Positions 18,784 through 26,101 of a stretch of 64,000 nucleotides of DNA are shown in pieces (the stretch's first letter is position 1; each line of letters starts with the position of its first letter). Source of the stretch: an uncultured virus (IMG/VR IMGVR_UViG_3300035506_000159) (Duplodnaviria; Heunggongvirae; Uroviricota; Caudoviricetes); IMG/VR virus record IMGVR_UViG_3300035506_000159, one strand, 5' to 3'. The notes beneath the pieces were generated by a model. It saw only the letters and a list, made by a program, of their open reading frames with translations, did not search any database and was not told where the DNA came from. The position numbers and the translations under genes were made by a program.

Positions 18784-19695
18784 ATGTCTGTTTCAGATAT
18801 TCAAATTAAAGCAGGAAATGATTTCAAATCTATTTTTCCTATTACTCCAAGTCAAGGAGGAACTGGTTTAAAGACAAGTCCACAAGCTATTACAAATTTA
18901 GCAAGCAATGAATCTTCAAATATTTTTATAGAGAATCCTTCTATTGGCGTAACTGGTATTCTTCCTATTTCTAATGGAGGTACTGGACTTTCAGCTTCTC
19001 CCTCTTTAATTACTAATCTAAGTTCTAATAATCCGGAATCTCTTTTTCAAGAAAATCCGCGGCCTGGCGTTACTGGAATATTGCCATTAGCAAATGGTGG
19101 AACTGGAATTAATTTTAATCCATATATTCAGTTTGATTTATCTTCAAATGACTCTGTATCTTTATTTGATGCTTCTAATAGTAATATCACTCCTGGAGTT
19201 ACTGGCACACTACCTATTAGCAAGGGTGGTACTGGAGCTACTACAGAATCTAATGCTAGAACAAATTTAGGAATAAATACCTATGTATTAAGTAGCGGTG
19301 GTCAAGGTTCTTATGATTATAATACATATGAGTGGAGTGGTAATCAGTTAAATCCATCTGTTAATAGCAAGATTAGGTATGACTGGATAAAATATAGTAA
19401 TGGATTGGCAGTAATGTCAGTTCTTATTAGATATAGCAAACTTCCCGCATATAGTGCTTTACATTGCTATTTTACCCTACCATTTGCTTTTACCCACCCA
19501 GCAATTGTTAATGCTGGCTGTTCTGTAGATTCAGACAATGCCTGTTATATGACATATGTTAGAGGAGCATCAGGGTCTGTCGATTCTTATCTATATCGTT
19601 CTAGCACTAGTACTTCAGTAGGCTTAGAACTATATTATATTGTATCTGGATGCTGGGATTCTAGTCTTTCTTATGCGGCTAATGGAGTTTCATAA
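18784..19695 (+). CDS. tail-fibre-tip-like protein, paralog 2
   Basis: SIFPI..QGGTG, four GGTG repeats, ARTNLG, WIKYSNG..LPFAF. Confidence 0.7.
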   Translation: MSVSDIQIKAGNDFKSIFPITPSQGGTGLKTSPQAITNLASNESSNIFIENPSIGVTGILPISNGGTGLSASPSLITNLSSNNPESLFQENPRPGVTGILPLANGGTGINFNPYIQFDLSSNDSVSLFDASNSNITPGVTGTLPISKGGTGATTESNARTNLGINTYVLSSGGQGSYDYNTYEWSGNQLNPSVNSKIRYDWIKYSNGLAVMSVLIRYSKLPAYSALHCYFTLPFAFTHPAIVNAGCSVDSDNACYMTYVRGASGSVDSYLYRSSTSTSVGLELYYIVSGCWDSSLSYAANGVS

Positions 19696-20597
19696 TGGAA
19701 GATATTAAAATTAAAAATACTAATGGAGAATATCAATCTATTTTTCCAATTAAAATTAATCAAGGTGGCACTGGAAAAAACACTGAAAATAAAATTATAG
19801 TTGATTTATATTCTAAAGATAAAAAGAATATTTTTGAAGATGAAGAAACAAAAATTGGAATTAAAAATATTCTTTCTGTTGTTAATGGCGGAACAGGTAT
19901 CAGTACTAGTCCAAAAGCGATATTGAACTTGAATAATAATTCCACTTTACAACCTATATATAACACAAATATAGAATATGGATTAGATTCATCTAGTGTA
20001 TTACAAATATCTAATGGTGGTACTGGGAAAAATTCAAATATTAATTTATATGGTTATCTAAATTTAAATAGCAAAAGAAATCTTTTTCAATCTAATTCTC
20101 CTGCTTATACTGGTTCAACAGGTATATTAAATATAAATAATGGCGGAACAAATGCTTCTGAATCTTCTGTAGCATTATCTAATATTGGAATTAAAGACTA
20201 TATTGTAGAAAATAACATTTGGAGTTCACTTGGAGATTGGGATAATTTATCATCTTATTTAGGAACAGTTGACAATATTCAATGGTTTTATTTAAAATAT
20301 GCAAATGGTATTGCATTGTGTCATGGAAGCGCAAGATTTCTTACTATTCCTGCTGTTAGCTATACTCCTTTTACAATAAACTTATCAGCTAGTCTTCCGA
20401 TGGAATTTGCTTATCCTCCAGCAACATCCATTAACTGCTCTTTCCCGTCAGATACGACAAGCGGAGTCTATTATATTAGGTCTACTACAGATTCAATAAA
20501 TTTTTGGGTATATAGGAAATATAATACTAGTACTGCATTAAGTCAAAATGATGCATTAATGTTATATTTTAATGTCATGGGCAGATGGAAAGAATAA
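19695..20597 (+). CDS. tail-fibre-tip-like protein, paralog 3
   Basis: QSIFPI..QGGTG, NGGT repeats, YLKYANG..LPMEF. Confidence 0.7.
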   Translation: MEDIKIKNTNGEYQSIFPIKINQGGTGKNTENKIIVDLYSKDKKNIFEDEETKIGIKNILSVVNGGTGISTSPKAILNLNNNSTLQPIYNTNIEYGLDSSSVLQISNGGTGKNSNINLYGYLNLNSKRNLFQSNSPAYTGSTGILNINNGGTNASESSVALSNIGIKDYIVENNIWSSLGDWDNLSSYLGTVDNIQWFYLKYANGIALCHGSARFLTIPAVSYTPFTINLSASLPMEFAYPPATSINCSFPSDTTSGVYYIRSTTDSINFWVYRKYNTSTALSQNDALMLYFNVMGRWKE

Positions 20598-20657
20598 ATT
20601 AAAATTAATTTGGGGATATATCTCTTTCTAGGGGAATAGAAAGGAGATATATAAACA

Positions 20658-22004
20658 ATGTCTATAACAAATATTAAAATTAAAAATAATAGTGGAGAAT
20701 TTCAATCTATTTTTCCTATCACCATAGAACAAGGTGGAACAAATGCGGAAAACTTGAGTGATGCTCAATATAATTTGGGCATCACTGATGCTAGAAAAAT
20801 AGCGACTAATTACATCGATGAAAATTCAGATAATGGAACAATTAATATAGGCAATATCGATAAAATTAATAACCCATCTGGTGTTTCTGGAACTCCTTAT
20901 AGTATCGAATTAACTTCTGATGCAATCAATTTTAATGATGCTGATAAGGGGACTACTCCTATTTCAATTCAAGATGTAGCTAACTCTAAAAAAGATGATA
21001 ATGGTTTAATTGTTAATCTCAATAAAGTATTAGTATATACTAATGATGCTGGATTCCAATGCAGAAAGAATGGTACAGATGGAGTACTATATGAAGCAAA
21101 TCTTGGAATCCAAAAAGCAGGAGAAGTATATATTTCTAATTGGAACAAAGAAAGTAATACATTAGTAAATCAACTTTGTTTAAATAGTTCTGAAACATAT
21201 ACTCCCAATAATTTGCGGACTGGTAAAAAACTTTCTGCCGCAGGAGATTTAGCAATATCTGGTGATTCTACTTTAACAGGTAATCTTATCTGTTCTGGGA
21301 CTACAGATTTTCCATTGCCAGTCCATTATGGAAATATTACAGAGTTAGATAGTCAAAATGTTGGTTTAAATAGTTTTACAAGTGTTGAAGATTCTCCAGT
21401 ATATACTGGTCAATTATTAACTTTATCTACAAATAGAGATATTAGTTCTATTGATAAAACTACTGAAAATGATGCAGGAGGAGCTGCGCAACTAGCTTTT
21501 GATAGTTTTTATAATTCAATATATCATAGAGCATATCAACCATATAGCGATACAGAAGATATATCTGGTTGGGGCGATTGGTATAAATTATTAGATACAA
21601 ATAATTGTAAAGATTATATAATATCAGTCGAGAATCCAGGAGATAATGTTAAAGGTGGTTGGCTTTCTATAAAGTTTGCGAATGGCTTTGCAATATGTGC
21701 ATTACAACAAATAAAAGATATTAATACTAATATTCAATGGACCAGTGGTTATAGAACTAAATCTGGTGAAGGATTTGGAAATGTAGATTTTCCATTTGAA
21801 TTTGCTAATAAACAAATTCCTTATATAAGTGCTCAATTACTTGATAATGGAAACAATTGGTGTTGGTTAATGCAAAATGGTTATCAAGCAGAAAGTGATC
21901 CAACTACATATAAACATTTAGGAGAGTGGCTGGTTTATAGGCCAGCTGTTATGAATACAGCGGGTATGAGAGCTTGTTTCATATGTATAGGATTCTGGAA
22001 ATAA
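20658..22004 (+). CDS. tail-fibre-tip-like protein, paralog 4
   Basis: QSIFPI..QGGT, larger middle region, WGDWYK, IKFANG..FPFEF..IGFWK. Confidence 0.7.
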   Translation: MSITNIKIKNNSGEFQSIFPITIEQGGTNAENLSDAQYNLGITDARKIATNYIDENSDNGTINIGNIDKINNPSGVSGTPYSIELTSDAINFNDADKGTTPISIQDVANSKKDDNGLIVNLNKVLVYTNDAGFQCRKNGTDGVLYEANLGIQKAGEVYISNWNKESNTLVNQLCLNSSETYTPNNLRTGKKLSAAGDLAISGDSTLTGNLICSGTTDFPLPVHYGNITELDSQNVGLNSFTSVEDSPVYTGQLLTLSTNRDISSIDKTTENDAGGAAQLAFDSFYNSIYHRAYQPYSDTEDISGWGDWYKLLDTNNCKDYIISVENPGDNVKGGWLSIKFANGFAICALQQIKDINTNIQWTSGYRTKSGEGFGNVDFPFEFANKQIPYISAQLLDNGNNWCWLMQNGYQAESDPTTYKHLGEWLVYRPAVMNTAGMRACFICIGFWK

Positions 22005-22041
22005 TAAACCATATTGTTGTAATTAACTGAGGAGAAGATTA

Positions 22042-22320
22042 ATGAGATATATAGATGTAAATCGCCAAGAAATGCCAGATAATTTTAATAAAGATGACTA
22101 TACAATTGCTGAAGCTACAATTGCTAAAGATGGAGCTTATGATACAATTGATAATGTGACTAAATTTTTTCTAAATCAAGATGATTATGAAAAAGTTTAT
22201 ATGTGCTATCCAAAGGTTGAAAATGAAAATATAATTAGCCCAATAGAAGAAACTTTGATTGAACATGACCAAGCACTATGTGATTTATATGAAATTTTAA
22301 ATAATGCTGGCTTAGCATAA
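22042..22320 (+). CDS. putative fibre chaperone, paralog B
   Basis: Shares GAYDTIDNVTKF and CDLYE with 18404..18697. Confidence 0.55.
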   Translation: MRYIDVNRQEMPDNFNKDDYTIAEATIAKDGAYDTIDNVTKFFLNQDDYEKVYMCYPKVENENIISPIEETLIEHDQALCDLYEILNNAGLA

Positions 22321-22324
22321 TAAT

Positions 22325-22356
22325 AAGAGGACTAGAATTTTTCTAGTCCTTTTTTA
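22325..22356 (+). terminator. intrinsic terminator
   Basis: AGGACTAGAA/TTCTAGTCCT plus T-run, followed directly by a TTGACA promoter. Confidence 0.8.
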
Positions 22357-22419
22357 TTGACAAAAAATATATATTATAATATAATTATAATATATAAACC
22401 AATAGACAAAGGAGAAGTC

Positions 22420-22896
22420 TTGATTTATCTAACTGCTAATGTATTTGCAGGAGATAATTATCCTGAAAATGCAGCTAATGAAATCAATATTCGTAATGCA
22501 AATATTTGGAATAATCAAGCTAAAGATAAAGATTATGTATATATTTGTGGGAATGTAGTTGATGGTAATATTGATAAAGAACTAAAGAAATTGCTAAAAA
22601 TGCTAAAAGGAAATATCACAGTTTTACGTGGAGATACAGATAATGAATCTAATCTCGAAATCTTTAAGGAAATTGGTTGGAGCGTGGCAAACTTCTTCAC
22701 TACCGATGAAGATAATTATCGTTTTGTGTGCGGCTATCATTGTACTGATCCTCACGTGTTTCCTAAATCTAAAACAATTATTTGTTGTGGTAAGGAAAAT
22801 AATTCTTGCTGTCCTAATAGTGTTAATGTTTCTTTTAATACTAATTTTGCCCTCTTGAGTCTACAAGATGTGGAGAAGCTTTATAATCAAATTTGA
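22420..22896 (+). CDS. degenerate calcineurin-like metallophosphoesterase
   Basis: IYLTANV (for DxH), CGNV (GD), RGDTD (GNHD), SVNVS; TTG start after AAGGAG. Confidence 0.65.
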   Translation: MIYLTANVFAGDNYPENAANEINIRNANIWNNQAKDKDYVYICGNVVDGNIDKELKKLLKMLKGNITVLRGDTDNESNLEIFKEIGWSVANFFTTDEDNYRFVCGYHCTDPHVFPKSKTIICCGKENNSCCPNSVNVSFNTNFALLSLQDVEKLYNQI

Positions 22897-22950
22897 CAAT
22901 AAATTTAAAAATATGTTATAATATAATCAACGAAAGAGAGAAAGGATATT

Positions 22951-23553
22951 ATGATTTGGTTTACTTCTGATATATATTTATATCCTTCTAGCTCTGATTC
23001 CAATGACCATTATAATGATTATATTATAAATAAATGGAACACAGATATTGCGGCCCTCGATGACGTGTATGTACTAGGCGGCCTTTTCCGCACTTATCGA
23101 GAAATTGAACCTTTCAATAAAAATTATGTTGAAAAAATTATTGATAGGCTCAATGGCCGCATCCATCTTGTTCCAAATGAAGATGTTGATGATTTTCTTT
23201 TATATTCTTATCTTGATTCTATTGGAAAGATTGAGTGGCAATTTCAATATGATTTTAAACACTATAATTATTTAATGATAGCTACCTGTAACCCAATAGA
23301 TGTAACAACTTATTCAGAATCATATGATGAGGGATTTGAAGAGTATATTAATATTATTGGTAATGGTCTTGCCCGCATGGAAGACCTTACCGATGGATGC
23401 ACGTATGCTCCCGCATCTTACACAGCTAAACGAGGTTTTGTTTCAATAGATGATGTATGGGAAGATGCAAATCAGAGTGCATATGTTGATGCTCTAATCG
23501 AAGTTTTAAATGCAGTTGAAGAAGAAGATGATGACTGGAATGATTGGGATTAA
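22951..23553 (+). CDS. degenerate calcineurin-like metallophosphoesterase
   Basis: IWFTSDIY, IINKWN, VYVLGG, LNGRIHLVPNED; metal ligands lost. Confidence 0.65.
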   Translation: MIWFTSDIYLYPSSSDSNDHYNDYIINKWNTDIAALDDVYVLGGLFRTYREIEPFNKNYVEKIIDRLNGRIHLVPNEDVDDFLLYSYLDSIGKIEWQFQYDFKHYNYLMIATCNPIDVTTYSESYDEGFEEYINIIGNGLARMEDLTDGCTYAPASYTAKRGFVSIDDVWEDANQSAYVDALIEVLNAVEEEDDDWNDWD

Positions 23554-23711
23554 ATGAGTAACGGAGATATTTTTCTTATTATCTGGTTTGTAGCAGTTGC
23601 GGCGATTGTAATCGTCCCGCATTTGAAGTAATTATAGATTTAAAATTTTACTTGACTCTTGGATTAAAAATATGTTATAATATTATTATAAGATAAACGG
23701 AAGGAGAGAAA

Positions 23712-23921
23712 TTGAAGTTTCCTTGTACTTATGATTTCCATCAGATGCGAACAGCTCTAGAATCTGCTGGATATTCAGAAACTAAAAAGAAGAAGTACCG
23801 CAAACCAAAAGCAATCAAGTGTAAGGTATGCGGTACAGATATGGTGCGGCAAGATGAAAGTAATGTAGTCACATGTCCTAATTGTGATAACTACATTGTA
23901 TTTGAGGAAAAGGTTCAGTAA
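23712..23921 (+). CDS. small zinc-ribbon protein
   Basis: CKVCG...CPNC, AAGGAG SD, own promoter. Confidence 0.7.
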   Translation: MKFPCTYDFHQMRTALESAGYSETKKKKYRKPKAIKCKVCGTDMVRQDESNVVTCPNCDNYIVFEEKVQ

Positions 23922-23984
23922 CACATTTTCTTCAAAATCAAGATTTGACAATATATTATAATTTATGTTATAATATAAATAACA

Positions 23985-24330
23985 AGTTGAGAGATTTGTT
24001 GAAGGTTTGGGTCAAGCAAAAGCTAATATAGTAATTTTTTATAAGATACCTCAATAGAGTCTTCGTTTTTCTTATAAAAGGTCTACTATTACCTAAATGA
24101 GTAACTTAACCAACTACTCACTTTGCGGAGATGGATTCCCGCATCGTAAAATGTTATGGAGGTCCGTGAGCGGTCATGTGCTGGTGAAGTTGCATTGGTG
24201 TTTTCCAACTGATGTAAATCGAGGGACAACAGCTTGCCTACACAATAGTTTGTTATATATTGTTACCTAGAAAAGCAATATATCCTTTCTATAGGGTGAT
24301 ATAGAGTATGATAAGCTAGATTTTTAGCCT
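23985..24330 (+). ncRNA. candidate structured RNA or leader of the tRNA operon
   Basis: Follows promoter at 23945, no convincing ORF, several hairpins. Confidence 0.35.
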
Positions 24331-24337
24331 ATCATGC

Positions 24338-24426
24338 GGAAAAGTGGCAGAGTGGTTGATTGCGTTCGCCTGCTAAGCGAATAATGGGTGAAAATCCATT
24401 CACGAGTTCAAATCTCGTCTTTTCCG
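24338..24426 (+). tRNA. tRNA-Ser(GCT)
   Basis: GGAAAAG/CTTTTCC acceptor, TTCGC-CTGCTAA-GCGAA, long variable arm. Confidence 0.92.
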
Positions 24427-24444
24427 CATGGTAGTATATACAGT

Positions 24445-24517
24445 GGACCTATAGCATAATGGTCAATGCAGCCGACTCATAATCGGTTGAGTGTAGGTTC
24501 AAATCCTACTGGGTCCA
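24445..24517 (+). tRNA. tRNA with CAT anticodon, probably Ile2 (or Met)
   Basis: GGACCTA/TGGGTCC, CTCATAA loop; body resembles Ile2. Confidence 0.88.
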
Positions 24518-24547
24518 CTGTATATATTAAATGTGAATATGTATTGT

Positions 24548-24630
24548 GGGCTAGTGGCGAAATGGCAAACGCGGTGGACTTAAAATCCACTTCTCGTGAG
24601 AGGTTGAGGGTTCGAGTCCCTCCTGGCCTA
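24548..24630 (+). tRNA. tRNA-Leu(TAA)
   Basis: GTGGA-CTTAAAA-TCCAC, variable arm, GGTTCGAGTCC. Confidence 0.92.
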
Positions 24631-24658
24631 CAATGCATATTTGCAAATTATTATCAGA

Positions 24659-24731
24659 CACTCCTTAGCTTAGCAGGTAAAGCAGAGGACTTTTAATCCT
24701 AAGAGCATCGGTTCGATTCCGATAGGAGTGA
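24659..24731 (+). tRNA. tRNA-Lys(TTT)
   Basis: CACTCCT/AGGAGTG, CTTTTAA loop. Confidence 0.88.
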
Positions 24732-24758
24732 CTGATGATAGTCAATGCTATACTACGA

Positions 24759-24832
24759 GCGGCGTTACCTCAGTTGGATAGAGGAGAAGACTTCTAATCT
24801 TTTTGTCACGGGTTCGAGTCCTGTACGCCGCA
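24759..24832 (+). tRNA. tRNA-Arg(TCT)
   Basis: GCGGCGT/ACGCCGC, CTTCTAA loop. Confidence 0.92.
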
Positions 24833-24849
24833 CGTAGTATAGTTAATAT

Positions 24850-24925
24850 GCTGCAATAGCTCAGTCGGCAGAGCACTTCGTTGGTAATTAAGAGGTCCAC
24901 AGTTCAATACTGTGTTGCAGCTCCA
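24850..24925 (+). tRNA. tRNA-Thr(GGT), encoded CCA
   Basis: GCTGCAA/TTGCAGC, TTGGTAA loop, weak anticodon stem. Confidence 0.82.
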
Positions 24926-24956
24926 TCTATAATCTTGTTTACGAGTGGAGAATATT

Positions 24957-25139
24957 ATGTCTAAAAAGAAAAAGAAATTTTCTATAGGCAAAATTACATC
25001 GGAGCAGCAATTTGAAATGTCTAAACCAAAGTGGAATGGATATAATTGCGGCACTGGTGTTCATGGTGACGTATCATATAATAGACGAAAGTTTAAAAAG
25101 GATACTAATCACATTATTAACGAGGATTGGCAACACTAG
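24957..25139 (+). CDS. small basic protein within the tRNA cluster
   Basis: MSKKKKK..., GGAG SD. Confidence 0.6.
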   Translation: MSKKKKKFSIGKITSEQQFEMSKPKWNGYNCGTGVHGDVSYNRRKFKKDTNHIINEDWQH

Positions 25140-25208
25140 ACTATGGTGTAATGGTAACACTACAGGTTTTGGTCCTGTCATTCATGGTTCGAGTCCATGT
25201 AGTCTAGC
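25137..25208 (+). tRNA. tRNA-Gln(TTG)
   Basis: TAGACTA/TAGTCTA, ACAGG-TTTTGGT-CCTGT. Confidence 0.9.
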
Positions 25209-25256
25209 GTTGCTAATCTAGCATTTAAAATTAAATAATTAAAGAAAGGTTATAAA

Positions 25257-25448
25257 ATGAAGATTGACCCTCGTGACTACGAGTCCTATGATGACTTCTA
25301 TGAGGAAGAATATCCACGTAAACCAAAGCTACATTATAATGATGTAGCTAAGCACCGCAAAGGTTCAGATATTCGTAACAAGCGACTTGAAAAAGAACGC
25401 TGGAAGGATAACGAATCTGACAAGGATATTGATTCATTTAACCTATAA
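25257..25448 (+). CDS. small charged protein
   Basis: ORF track, GAAAGG SD, followed by terminator. Confidence 0.65.
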   Translation: MKIDPRDYESYDDFYEEEYPRKPKLHYNDVAKHRKGSDIRNKRLEKERWKDNESDKDIDSFNL

Positions 25449-25594
25449 TTTTAGAAAAGCCTTCCGTTTGGAGGGCTTTTCTTTTATTCCTTCAAATTTG
25501 ACCGTGGCGTCGAAGAAAATATGCTACAGAAATTTTTAATCCAATTTTGCCCAAATAATTTTGTTATATATTTTTCCCGAAACTAAGGAGTATT

Positions 25595-26035
25595 ATGCAC
25601 AAGAAGATTCTAAGTTCTGATTACAACCCTGAAACTGGTATTAGTACTGTTACTCTCGTTGACCAGTGGGGTACTCATACTGCAACTGCCAAGCTTCACC
25701 CAGAAGATAGTGATGTTGCAAACATGTGGGATGGTTGTGCAGCCGCACATTACAAGGCAGAACTAAAGTCTATGAAGAAGAAGATTAAGGCGATGCGTGA
25801 ACGTAAGCGCGGTGCGGAAATTCTATTTAATAATCTAGCTGAAAATACTCTTCCAGACGACGCTACTCTTGCTCGCGCAAAACGTCAGGTAGAAGTTATG
25901 GGTCGTGAACTTAGTCTTCTCCAAGGGCAATATCATGATATGAAGCATAACTATCATGCTGTCATTGAGCACAGTCTAAATGGCAAGCGTGAATTCCGCA
26001 AGAAGATGACAGATAAAGAAAATGTGGATGAATAA
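25595..26035 (+). CDS. hypothetical phage protein
   Basis: AKLHPED motif, AAGGAG SD. Confidence 0.75.
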   Translation: MHKKILSSDYNPETGISTVTLVDQWGTHTATAKLHPEDSDVANMWDGCAAAHYKAELKSMKKKIKAMRERKRGAEILFNNLAENTLPDDATLARAKRQVEVMGRELSLLQGQYHDMKHNYHAVIEHSLNGKREFRKKMTDKENVDE

Positions 26036-26101
26036 TTAACTATTGACTCTTGGATGAATTTTGTGATATAATATATATAATCCAAGAGATAAGAGGTAAA
26101 G

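Noticed and set aside
17644..22320. Invertase shufflon or diversity-generating retroelement
   Set aside because: All cassettes face the same way; no recombinase, reverse transcriptase, inverted sites or template/variable repeat pair seen in this window
24466..25221. ORFs 24466..24696, 24806..25054 and 25012..25221
   Set aside because: They overlap clear tRNA genes
24338..25256. tRNA-associated HDV-like (theta) or hammerhead ribozymes
   Set aside because: Spacers are mostly under 30 nt and no catalytic core was recognised
25500..25590. Reverse-strand TGGGCAA as a fifth member of the second promoter class
   Set aside because: The downstream CATAT is 30 rather than 35 nt away and no gene follows on that strand
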